Of a stretch of 43,312 bases of DNA, positions 23,956-34,670 are shown piece after piece. This DNA comes from Octopus bimaculoides. Its lineage: Eukaryota. Within the stretch, counting starts at the first letter, position 1; each line of letters starts with the position of its first letter. A program made the position numbers and the translations under genes. The notes beneath the pieces were generated by a model. It saw nothing but the letters and a program-made list of their open reading frames with translations, was not told the DNA's origin and made no database searches. Where the stretch lies: NCBI RefSeq assembly GCF_001194135.2, contig NC_068982.1, forward strand, positions 84,313,796-84,357,107, in the 5' to 3' direction.

Positions 23956-24369
23956 TATATATATATATATATAGATGTAGGTAGGCAACAGGCAGGCAGG
24001 TAGGTAGTCTATCGTAATTTGAACATTCCTTGTGTTATATGTGCTATGATTCAAAGCAATTGTACTTTTGTTTTATGAAGTAAAGTTTGGTGATATCTAT
24101 AAGAGGTATAATTGTTATACTGGGGCTATTTTTATGAAGTATGGTAGTTGGATGAAATAAAGCCACATGATTGAATTTAGAAACAACTAAAAAGGAACTG
24201 AATATTGCAGGATTATTTTTGATTTTTTAGATATTTTACTTTAGAACATTCAATATGATATGACAACATTATACTTTTCAATCATATGAAGCCTGATGAT
24301 CCAGAAGTTGAAGCGCTACAGAAATATAATGAAGGCAGGACAAGCAATCTCAGAAACAACGAAATGCCA

Positions 24370-24715
24370 AAGAGACACAAGAGCAATAAGAAGTAAAACT
24401 TCAGTTTGAAACAACCAGGCAAGCTTACTTGAGGGAACAAAAGACACTAGAACAGAAATGATGGAGATTGGAATTTCAACCCAATGGACTAGCTTACTTG
24501 AGGAAAAACAAGACATCATAGCAGAAATGATGGAGGTTGAAGTTTCAAGCCAATAGAAAAGCCCACTTAAGAGAACAGGCATTAACAGAACAACTTCAAA
24601 GGAACACAGCCAGAAATGCCTACTCCAGAGAACAAGAAACCTAAGAACAACAAGTCAGGTTGGAATTTAGACCTTTTTCTCATGAAGAGTGATGACTAAC
24701 AGCCTTTAACTACAA
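24370..24715 (+). pseudogene. Decayed 69-bp (23-aa) tandem coding repeat, STPR-like, possibly a Helitron Rep/Hel N-terminal relic
   Basis: One frame reads ETQEQ*EVKLQFETTRQ-AYLREQKTLEQK*WRLEFQPNGL-AYLRKNKTS*QK*WRLKFQANRK-AHLREQALTEQ...AYSREQET*EQQVRLEFR with a 23-residue period. GCCTTTAACTAC (AFNY) follows at 24702. Confidence 0.5.
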
Positions 24716-25062
24716 GGTGACACATAAGCATTACAAAAGATGCCTTATAAATACATTTGAGTACAGTACAGACTGGGGTGAAGGCTGGGCAACTCCTAGT
24801 TGTTATTGAAAAGGTTTTATCCAAAATGACCACAGCAAGTAGCTTTCACCGTAGTTGAATATATTGCATATTTTTATTGATATTTCTGTTACATTTGTAT
24901 AAGAATCTGCACTACATCCACACAAATATTTGTATTTTATTCAACTTGACATTCTATTTTGTTCAAGATGTCATTATATGCAAAATGTATTGTTATATAC
25001 ATTTATGTAAATAGCAGATTTGATGCTATAATAGTAACTAAATTACTGAATATCTTCTACAG

Positions 25063-25107
25063 AATTCTGATAGCAGTACTAAAAGTCTTCCAGTTTCCTT
25101 CGAAAAG
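25063..25107 (+). CDS. Internal coding exon (45 nt, phase 0-0)
   Basis: TCTTCTACAG acceptor, AAG|GTATGG donor; NSDSSTKSLPVSFEK. Confidence 0.7.
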
Positions 25108-25174
25108 GTATGGCAAACTTCTACTGTAAAATTTGTGTGTGACTATTTTTTGTAAGTTGATTTCAAATTTTGAC

Positions 25175-25381
25175 ACAAGGCCAGCAAGTTGGGGGAGGCT
25201 GTAAGTTGATTACATCAACCCCAGTGTCCAACAGTTATTTATTTTATTATTTTATTGACACTGAAAGGATGAAAAGCAAAGTTGATCTTGGCAGAATTTG
25301 AACTTAGAACATGAAGATGGTTGAAATGTTGCTAAGCGTTTTGCCTGGCATGCTAACGACTCTGCCAGCTCACTGCCTTTG
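25175..25381 (-). mobile_element. SINE family B
   Basis: Reverse-complement match to 22508-22706. Confidence 0.85.
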
Positions 25382-25935
25382 ATAATGTTTTGAAAGTTGC
25401 TGATGATAAAATTGATACTCTTCCAATTGATTGGTTGAATAGATTACCTGTTGTCATTTTGTAATAGACAAATAACTTCCAGTTACCCACTCCTATTACT
25501 TGATAAGTATACTGATCCCTGTAAGCTGTACAGATACAGAATCATTAACAGGTGTTTTATTGGCAGAGCTTTTCATAATGGCCTAGCAAAAGTAATGAGA
25601 GATCATAACCGACAAAACTTCCCTTAAATTATTGCATGAAAATGAAGTCTTCAAGTTATCCAACATTCTGTGGAACATTTTTTTCACATTATTTAGTTTA
25701 TTTCAAATGAGGAATATATAAAATAAGTATTAAGTCGGTCTATTACCAGTTTGTTCATAAAAAGTAACATTTATTTTAATACCAAATACCCACAAATCTC
25801 TGAATTAAGGCTTTAGTTTAATCAATCAAATAATTTCATAGCCTGATTGATATCCTCTTAATGAATTTGTATTTCATTGTGATTACTTTTCTTCTCCAAT
25901 TTTTGCTCATATACCTTTGTATTCCAAACCAACAG

Positions 25936-25992
25936 CAATACATACAGTTATCCAAATTTACAGACCCATACAACCCATTCAGACACAGAGAA
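25936..25992 (+). CDS. Internal coding exon (57 nt, phase 0-0)
   Basis: Long pyrimidine tract (25880-25925) plus AACAG acceptor, GAA|GTAAAT donor; QYIQLSKFTDPYNPFRHRE. Confidence 0.65.
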
Positions 25993-26464
25993 GTAAATAT
26001 TAAAAAAAACAAAAACAGGAAAACTATTTAACAGAAATTGAAGGTTTTGTTCTTTAAGCTAAATAATTGGGAAGATCTGTAATTAAGAAATTATTAAAAA
26101 CATATTGTAAATATAATGAAAGATAATCAACTGAAGTTAAAAAAAGAGCTGTTTTTAGCTTCTGTACATTAGTTACTTTATTTTCAGTAAATTAGCTAAC
26201 ATTCAACTTTTGTTTATTAAACAGCATAGAGGAAGCAAATGAAATATCATTTAGTTCATGATTGAAATTCTGTTTCACATTCTCCAAAGAAATAGAATCA
26301 AATCTTGCAAAATCATCCTAAAATTTCATGTTGATGATTGAATTGTGAGGGATACACACTACATCTAGTATTTGACGAACTAAATCAGTATTAATTTTGA
26401 ATTATATGGTGATTCATGTGAAAAATCTGAGGAAAAAAAAAATAGTGTGCATGCATTCTTTCTT

Positions 26465-26790
26465 TATTCTTATACTTGTTTCAGTCATTAGGCTGTGGCC
26501 ATGCTGGGGCACTGCCTTGGAAGATTCTTAGTTGATGGAATCAACTCCAGTTTTTATTTTTTAAGACTGATACTTATATTGGTGTCTGTTGGCGAACTGC
26601 TAAGTTATGGAGATGTAAACACACCAGCACCAATTGGTGGTAGGAGACAAACACAAATACAAAGACATAACCCAGACCCCACCCCACAGACACACATACA
26701 ATTGGCTTCTTCAGTTTACATTTACCAAATCCACTTTGGCTGGCCTAGGTGTCACGCAGTGGGACTGAATCCCAAACCATGTGCTTCTTA
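26465..26790 (-). mobile_element. SINE family A, diverged
   Basis: Tail TACTTGTTTCAGTCATT...GTGGCCATGCTGGGGCAC and head-side CACGCAGTGGGACTGAATCCC as in 7201-7598. Confidence 0.85.
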
Positions 26791-26934
26791 CTATGCAGTC
26801 AGTTTACTTTTGCATAAAAATATAGTGAAAGTGGATAAGATTCTGCATGTGCACGCGTCTACGTAAGCTTTAATCTGAATTGATACACATTTGGTTTACA
26901 TACAAGTTCCATGAAGTGTTTATATACATATAAC

Positions 26935-28131
26935 ATATTATCATTATATTTTTGTGTCGACCGTGCGACGCGTTAAAAAAGGAGCCTGTTTTCCATTCGT
27001 CACCATTTCTCCTTTGGTTCGCACGGTTGTTCTTACAAACCGGTGACCCCGACGTGATGCCCACACGCAGCCCGACATGATTCTGTTCACACAGCATCAC
27101 TTAAATGGTGACTAAGTGCCAGTATAGGACCAACCATTCTTTCAGTTTTTTTTCACTACAATTATTTCCTGTTTTCGTCTGTTTGTCTTTGACAAACCGA
27201 CTATTGCGAGGCTAATGTAGTGAAACCACCTCTCTCACGGTTATATATTCTCAAATGCGAGCGTAGCAGAGAACAACTCTTTCCCGCCTGCTGTGTCATC
27301 ACTTGACTGACTATTATTTGAGCGGCAATTGTCTCCAGTCTGTTTCGCGCCAGGACGCAAACCGACCAACCGTAGCCACTAATAAGGTCACGTGAGAGAG
27401 TGTTTTTCTGATGCTTTCTGGAGCCTCTATTTTCCTATAAATAGCCTAAATTATCCACGCCAGTTTGTCGTGGCTCAGATCCTCACAGATCTGGTCGTTG
27501 ACCACACACATAACACAACCAGCCAGTTTCCAGCGACGACATCAACGGCATCGTTCAACTTCCCCAGCGTCAACATGACTCTACGTACACAAGCTACCAA
27601 ACAGCCACCGCAGATTCTTAACCCTGTTTGTGTGATTTGCTCACCACGAAATAAACAGCCAGAACTCAACCTGTGAAGAACATCTGTATCAAGAATCCGG
27701 CCCGGCATTGAAACCTCAACTGCACGACAAGTGACTTAGCTCTGCCGCAACCATAACCTCTTATATACAGACCTACAAATCTACTGTGTACCTTAACAAA
27801 ACTGGTATCTTATTATCCTGTGTTACAGACTCTTTCTATGCTTTGTATCTCTTGCATTCACATACATATATTTGTATACACACTCTTTTGTTTACATGAC
27901 GACCTGTCTTATATTGTGTTTTATTAGGTCGCGTTCACACTCACACACAGACATACAGTTTAATGCTCCAATAAATCTTACTGTTATTCATCTTTATCGG
28001 TTGAGTCAATATCGTTTTCCTTACTGGCATTCCTTCGCATTGCACATGCGAATTCTCTATGTTATAGTATTATAAAATATCATTATATTTTGTGTCGACC
28101 GTGTGACACGTTAAAAAAGGATCCTGTTTTC
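26935..28131 (+). mobile_element. Non-autonomous LTR mini-element: partial 5' LTR, PBS, 178-bp internal region, long 3' LTR running into a gap
   Basis: About 26938-26994 repeats at 28078-28131. The 5' LTR ends CTTACA at 27037. The 3' LTR starts TGTAGTGAAAC at 27216 with TATAAATAG near 27436 and AATAAA near 27970. Homologous to the solo LTR at 31701-33042. Confidence 0.8.
27041..27058 (+). promoter_or_regulatory. Primer binding site complementary to the tRNA-Trp 3' end
   Basis: CGGTGACCCCGACGTGAT matches 17/18 to TGGTGACCCCGACGTGAT, the reverse complement of the vertebrate tRNA-Trp(CCA) 3' end as I recall it. It lies 3 nt after the LTR-terminal CA. Confidence 0.85.
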
Positions 28132-28620
28132 NNNNNNNNNNNNNNNNNNNNNNNNNNNNNNNNNNNNNNNNNNNNNNNNNNNNNNNNNNNNNNNNNNNNN
28201 NNNNNNNNNNNNNNNNNNNNNNNNNNNNNNNNNNNNNNNNNNNNNNNNNNNNNNNNNNNNNNNNNNNNNNNNNNNNNNNNNNNNNNNNNNNNNNNNNNNN
28301 NNNNNNNNNNNNNNNNNNNNNNNNNNNNNNNNNNNNNNNNNNNNNNNNNNNNNNNNNNNNNNNNNNNNNNNNNNNNNNNNNNNNNNNNNNNNNNNNNNNN
28401 NNNNNNNNNNNNNNNNNNNNNNNNNNNNNNNNNNNNNNNNNNNNNNNNNNNNNNNNNNNNNNNNNNNNNNNNNNNNNNNNNNNNNNNNNNNNNNNNNNNN
28501 NNNNNNNNNNNNNNNNNNNNNNNNNNNNNNNNNNNNNNNNNNNNNNNNNNNNNNNNNNNNNNNNNNNNNNNNNNNNNNNNNNNNNNNNNNNNNNNNNNNN
28601 NNNNNNNNNNNNNNNNNNNN

Positions 28621-28897
28621 NTTGCACACCACAACTGATGCTTCTAATGTTCAGCTTTTCTCTCAAGATACTTACACTCTGACGGGTATTCACATTGACA
28701 TTACACATCCAACTGAGCATACTGGCTTCATTCCTTGCGAGCTTACGTATGTCCTCAGCAGTTACAGCCCATGTTTCACTGCCATGTAGCATGGCTGTTC
28801 ATACACATGCGTCATACAGTCTGCCTTTTACTCTGAGTGAGAGTCCCTTTGTCGCCAGCAGGGGTAAGAGCTCTCTAAACTTTGCCCAGGCTATTCT
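28621..28897 (-). mobile_element. RTE LINE fragment (same family as 481-2812 and 16195-19095)
   Basis: MLHGSETWAVTAEDIRKLARNEASML...; the 3' part is in the gap and the 5' end abuts (TA)n. Confidence 0.9.
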
Positions 28898-28905
28898 ATA
28901 TATAT

Positions 28906-28937
<32 letters not shown>

Positions 28938-28956
28938 AGTAATAAAGTTAATATCT

Positions 28957-29187
28957 AGTCATAGAGTGACCAATGGTTTCACATCTATGAAGGCTATAGT
29001 ATCGCAGACATCTCATCAGACACTAGTCTGAAGACAAATATAACTCTACTCCTCTGGGAGGCAGAAATCCATTGTGGTCATTTCGTCATCTAAGAATAAA
29101 TAGTCCAGTGTCAGTGAGGACGGGTTATCTCCCTTAGACCAGCTATGTGTGGGCTGGGAGAGGGCTAACAAGGGATTTACTCCTTGG
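28957..29187 (+). repeat. Unclassified dispersed repeat, copy 2
   Basis: Aligns with the reverse complement of 23115-23350. Confidence 0.75.
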
Positions 29188-29503
29188 GCATGGCTGTGTG
29201 TTAAGAAGTTTGCTTCTCAACCACATGGTTCTTGGCTCCTTGTTTGTGGAGCAGGTAAACAGAAACTGAAAGGAGCCTGTCATATACGTGTGTGTGTGCA
29301 CACGTGCATGACTTTGTATCAGTGTTTGTTCCTACCGCTACCACTTGACAACTGAAGTTGGTGTGTTTACATCTCTGTAACTTAGCAGTTCAGCAAAGGA
29401 GTACCTGGCTTAAAAAAAAAAAAAGTACTGGGGATGATTTGTTTGACTATGATTCTTCAAAGCATGGCCTCAGTTTAATGACTGAATTAAATAAAAGATA
29501 AGA
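29186..29503 (+). mobile_element. SINE family A, internally deleted
   Basis: GGCATGGCTGTGTGTTAAGAAG...AAACTGAAAGGAGCCTG...GGTGTGTTTACATC...CATGGCCTCAGTTTAATGACTGAA. Confidence 0.8.
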
Positions 29504-29659
29504 TATATATATATATAACCTAGTTTTCATTCTTGTGAGCTTCATTACTCTAAGCCTTTCTTTGTTTAGTTATCATTAGCTAAGAAGAGGTTTATCACAT
29601 TCCTATAGAGTCCAATATATGAAATATAACAAAACACTTTACTTCACTTTTTTTTATAG

Positions 29660-29710
29660 AAATCACTGCAGAAGGAAAAAGGTTCACCCTATTCTACTTT
29701 CACTGATTTT
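29660..29710 (+). CDS. Internal coding exon (51 nt, phase 0-0)
   Basis: T-rich tract plus TATAG acceptor, TTT|GTAAGT donor; KSLQKEKGSPYSTFTDF. Confidence 0.72.
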
Positions 29711-29839
29711 GTAAGTACTTAATTCCTCTTAGTTACATTGGTGCTATTTCAACATTGTTATAACTGATTATATTATCATTGCTTTACTGTTAATTTCTTT
29801 ATATTTGCAGTAGTGGGGATGATCTACTCAAGTACAGTA

Positions 29840-30110
29840 CCTTACGATTTGTTGCAGCCCTTAGTTTCATCTTTATGATGTTCAGTATCTTGAGATGAGT
29901 TTTCACTACTTCTTCCTTGGTCCTCCTTTTCAATATATTCCTTCTACTTGGATCAGTTGATAATTCTTCATTAATTGTCAGTCTTCATGTGCAGTGTATG
30001 TCCATACCAGCATAATTTTGCACACTGCCTTTAATGTTCCTTATATTCATTTTTCTTCCTTGGTTCACCTGTTTTCCATTGTTCATACATATTCATCTCA
30101 TTTCTATCTA
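29840..30110 (-). pseudogene. Highly decayed RTE C-terminal fragment
   Basis: CCATACCAGC (LRWYG-like) and CTTCCTTGGTCCTCC (GRPRK-like) motifs in RTE order. Confidence 0.55.
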
Positions 30111-30336
30111 ACCTTCACACATCCATTTTTCCTAACCTGCAATGGATTTCAACATAAGCATTGTAAAATCTGACTTTTATCAAAAGAGAGAATCACTATA
30201 TTGCCAAAAGAGATATTAGTTCCTTAAGCTCTTTTTCTTCCCATCCTTACACTGTGCAATACCCACTTTCACAGATAATTAGGTCACATAAGTAATAGGA
30301 TCTGCCAGCTATTTCTAGAATAGCATATAAAATAAT

Positions 30337-31181
30337 GGGGTCTTTCTGATTTGGCAGACACCATTTTTTATTTAGTTTTTAGTTAGTGTGTTTTCTACCG
30401 AAACATTTTAAAACTTCGTATACTTGTATATTTTGTCTTATACAACAGAGAAAAATTTTTATATTCGAAGTTATTTCATGTTAAAAGTTGTCGTATTTCG
30501 GTAATTTCAACCCATCACTGACTGCTATTGAGGTGAAAACAATTATTGCTGTGGTTTATCAACAATATACTGTGGCGGTGTAATGGGATCTTTTCCCTTG
30601 AATAAAATTAGTGCCATTGTTTGTCAACAACAACTATCGGTGGTACTGTTATTTATGACATCGTTCATGTGTTTGTACTGGTTTTAGCTTTAGGGTTTTA
30701 GGGTTAGGGTTTTAGAGTTAGGGTTAGGGTTCGGGTTTTAGAGTTAGGGTTAGGGTTCGGGTTTTAGAGTTAGGGTTAGGTTTAGGTTAGGGCTATGAGT
30801 ATTTTTGCCAAATTTGGTGAAAATCTGTTCAATACACCGCCACAAATTTTTCACCAAATTTGGCAAAAATACTCATAAGCCTAACCCAAACCCTAACCCT
30901 AAAACCAGTACAAACGCACGAATGATGTCATAAATAACAATACCGCCGATAGTTGTTGACAAACAACGGCACTAATTTTATTCAAGGGAAAAGATCCCAC
31001 TACACCGCCACAACGTGTTAACGAAATACGACAACTTTAACATGAAATAACTTTAAAAATATAAACTTTTCTCAACAACACAAAGAGTAAACGATGTTTT
31101 ATATGACACATTCTACCAGTGTCCCAAGTTTGAAAGTGTTTTGTTAGAAAACAAACGGTGTCCGCCAAATCAGAAAGACCC
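30337..31181. mobile_element. Fold-back MITE with long TIRs and internal head-to-head telomeric repeats (possibly PIF/Harbinger-like)
   Basis: Termini GGGTCTTTCTGATTTGGCAGACACC / GGTGTCCGCCAAATCAGAAAGACCC with arms complementary over hundreds of bp. TAAT (or AAT) is duplicated on both flanks. TTAGGG variants at 30690-30792, CCCTAA at 30879-30903, inner stem 30794-30824/30846-30876. Confidence 0.85.
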
Positions 31182-31700
31182 TAATAATGCAATTCATAGG
31201 TATTCTTAGTACTATCTACTTTGTGCTTCTGCTATATACAGTTTTTTTTCCCGTCATCTTGCCTGTGATTCCATAGCATTTTTCATGTACCTGTAATTTA
31301 CATTGGGTACACAATATATAATTCTTACTAACTCTTTGTCTACATATCAAACATGACAATTGAATTTTGTCTTCTTTTCCACTAGCTAGGCATGCTTCTG
31401 TAATAAGAACTTTGCTTGCAATTTTTTGACTGACTCAGGCCTGATATCAGCAGTCAGAGACTGATCAAAGAAAATTTCAGTGGTTCCCCAGTGATGCAAT
31501 AGTGTAAAAACAATGGATGGAAGGAATGATTTGACATAGTTTCAGAGCTGTGTAAATGAAAACACACTTTAATAATGAAATATGCTCCAAGAGTTCTTTG
31601 GTTTAAGTATGTAGGTGATTTATGAATAAGAAACTAGTAGTTATGAGGTTAGGTATATAATCCTCAATGTAATAGTCATTTCATATTTGAAGAAAGGATA

Positions 31701-33042
31701 TGTAAGGGACGACCGTGCGAACTCATAAAAGGAGCAATGGTGACGAATGGAAAAAACAGAGGACTCCTTTTATTTAAACGTGTCACACGGTCGAACATAC
31801 AATATTATATCGATGATGATATACATGATATGTTACGCGACGGTAACATAGATGACCAGTAATGAAAGACCACAACCGTATTAGATGAATAACAGAAATA
31901 TTTATTGTAGCGTTAAAGATGTATGTCTGTGAGTGAGTGTGAATGCGACATATAAGAACATAATCAAAGACAGGCCGTCATGCAAAGAAAAGTGTGTATG
32001 TGAGTGATACATGTGTGTATGAGTGTTTACAGCAGATAGAAAGAGAGTCAATAACACGTGAGCAATTATACCAGATCGTTAGTACACTATAGGAAAAGTT
32101 CTGTATGTGAAAGTGAGTTGGCTGAGTATGGCAGAGCTTATCACAAGTTGTGTTTTGGCGTCGATGCCAGGGCCTTGATTCTTGTTATACNNNNNNNNNN
32201 NNNNNNNNNNNNNNNNNNNNNNNNNNNNNNNNNNNNNNNNNNNNNNNNNNNNNNNNNNNNNNNNNNNNNNNNNNNNNNNNNNNNNNNNNNNNNNNNNNNN
32301 NNNNNNNNNNNNNNNNNNNNNNNNNNNNNNNNNNNNNNNNNNNNNNNNNNNNNNNNNNNNNNNNNNNNNNNNNNNNNNNNNNNNNNNNNNNNNNNNNNNN
32401 NNNNNNNNNNNNNNNNNNNNNNNNNNNNNNNNNNNNNNNNNNNNNNNNNNNNNNNNNNNNNNNNNNNNNNNNNNNNNNNNNNNNNNNNNNNNNNNNNNNN
32501 NNNNNNNNNNNNNNNNNNNNNNNNNNNNNNNNNNNNNNNNNNNNNNNNNNNNNNNNNNNNNNNNNNNNNNNNNNNNNNNNNNNNNNNNNNNNNNNNNNNN
32601 NNNNNNNNNNNNNNNNNNNNNNNNNNNNNNNNNNNNNNNNNNNNNNNNNNNNNNNNNNNNNNNNNNNNNNNNNNNNNNNNNNNNNNNNNNNNNNNNNNNN
32701 NNNNNNNNNNNNNNNNNNNNNNNNNNNNNNNNNNNNAGTTCTCAAAGAGAAACTGGACCGAGACGAATTATTGGGTATGAGTTAAAGCTATTTATAACAA
32801 ACTATGGGCTCCCGAAGGCTTCAGAATTTTACTCTATCACGTGACCTTATTAGGGGCCGTGATTGGTCAGTTTGCGTTCTGGCGGGAACGGTTCGAAGTT
32901 GCCGATTCGAATAATGATCAGTCACGTGATGGACAAGGAATGGATTCTCTACTACGCTCGCATTTATTTATATTTAAATGAGAAGATTGTATGTAATGGC
33001 GATAGTAGTTTGTATCTAATGGCGGGAGGTAGTTTCACTACA
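31701..33042 (-). mobile_element. Solo LTR, Gypsy-like (4-bp TSD), with an internal gap
   Basis: The - strand starts TGTAGTGAAAC and ends CCCTTACA. GATA at 31697-31700 and 33043-33046 is the TSD. Homologous to the LTR starting at 27216. Confidence 0.88.
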
Positions 33043-33109
33043 GATACATAAATATTTCTCTGTGATATATAATAATTCAATATTTAAAATATTCTTCTTA
33101 TTCATACAG

Positions 33110-33178
33110 AATGAAATGGCACCAAATTTGGAAAGTCTGAGAGAAATAACCCAAAGCTCAAATTCTGTAACATCAGAG
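33110..33178 (+). CDS. Internal coding exon (69 nt, phase 0-0)
   Basis: TTCTTCTTATTCATACAG acceptor, GAG|GTAAAA donor; NEMAPNLESLREITQSSNSVTSE. Confidence 0.72.
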
Positions 33179-34149
33179 GTAAAATATTTCAGATATTTTA
33201 CATGGAAAATGTAACTGTAAGGTTTAATGGCTTGATTTCTGATTATTTGAGCTCAAGTTCAAATCTTGAATCATTACTCACACATATCCGGTTTTATCAG
33301 GTGGTATAGGTTAGACAGATCTTCAGTTTAGCATATGGCTACTCTTCTCAGCTCAATCCTGTAAGCATTACTTAGTTCACCTGATCCAATATTTTGATAT
33401 CTAATTTCACGTCTTCCTTTATCTTTTTCAGTCACTAATATATTCCACTGTCAGTCTACAACTTATATCAAGAAAACACCATAGCATCTTCTCTAAGCAT
33501 GAGTAGCTCTTAACTAGAACTGGGTTTCACTATCATTGAGGACCTCTCCAGGCAAAAGCATGTTCTTACTATAGTTAGTACTATATCCTAGACACTGGTC
33601 CTACTGTTCAGGGTCAGAAAATATTTCAGAAATGGTGCTGTTGTTACACACAGACATCCTAGACTGCATCCAGATAAAAGCCACTTGACTGATTGACATA
33701 ATCACATTTGTAGTAGGCTCCTGCCTTGGGATTACTAGTTTTATGTCTTCTTTTTCTGTCTTTTCTATTGTTGCTATAATGAACGCTGTTCCTCAGTATC
33801 TCTTCTGTACTTCCTCTGCCTCAGACATTCCCATCTCTCATCAAAAAGTTTTTCAAACAGCATTTATTTTCCATATTCATCATGTCATTTCTCCTGCTCC
33901 ACCTGTCATCCAAGTTAATATTGCATATTCTGCAAGTTAAAGTGATAAATTGGCTAAGTTGTTAGAGCTTAGAATTAAATACTGTGTGGGTTTTTATTCT
34001 GTGCTCAGAATTCAAATCCTACAAAAAGCAACTTTGCCTTTCATCCTTTTGGAGTTAATGAATGGAATAACAATCCAGTGTGATAGGTATGCAGAACTAT
34101 TAGAGCATTGGATATGGTGAGTCCCTTCATGTGACTTTACTAAGATGAA

Positions 34150-34670
34150 TAATGCTGGCAAAATCTGCATTCCCAAAATTGTGTAACATCTTGAGAAACC
34201 ATGCTATGAGTGTCATGACCAAGATCCATATATGGAGATGCTATGTCTACCCTGTGTTAATATATGGAAGTAAAACATGGTCTATAACATCAGAAATGAA
34301 AAGGTGCTTGGTGAGCTGTGAAATGTTCTTAAGGAGAATATTGAGGATAGCATGGACAAAATATCTAATGAACAAGAGATGACCTGGGCTGTGGTAAATA
34401 GGAAACTGCTTCATGAGATAAGGGCAAAACAACTGAAATTTCTTGGTCATGTGAGGAGGAAAGAAGTCCTGGAGAATTTTGGGATGACTGGAAAAATTGA
34501 AAGGAAAAAAAAAGCAGAGGAAATTAGGAGGATGATATGGATGTTAAGCTTGACAAACTGGTTAGAAAAAAGAGGCATCAAACATCAGGAATTGGAACTT
34601 ACATAAAATAAAGAACAGAGAATTGTGGCAGGATATGATCGCACACCCTACATTCTGGACATGGCACCTA
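34150..34670 (+). pseudogene. Decayed RTE-BovB-like LINE 3' fragment
   Basis: AKSAFPKL...CYVYPVLIYGSKTWSIT...EMFLRRILRIAWT; KISNE...QLKFLGHVRRKEVLE...GKIE. Confidence 0.85.

Noticed and set aside
29811-29900. Strong-looking acceptor TTTGCAG at about 29810
   Set aside because: The phase-0 reading starts with TAG (or TGG GGA TGA), no good donor follows, and downstream sequence is an antisense RTE relic.
30690-30903. Ancestral telomere-telomere chromosome fusion site
   Set aside because: The arrays lie symmetrically inside a TIR-bounded element with a short target duplication, so transposon origin explains them.
1710-32844. Long ORFs in the track that span N-runs (e.g. 8702..9664, 28070..28792, 32058..32780)
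   Set aside because: Their length comes from X residues across gaps. Only the flanking TE-derived pieces are interpretable.
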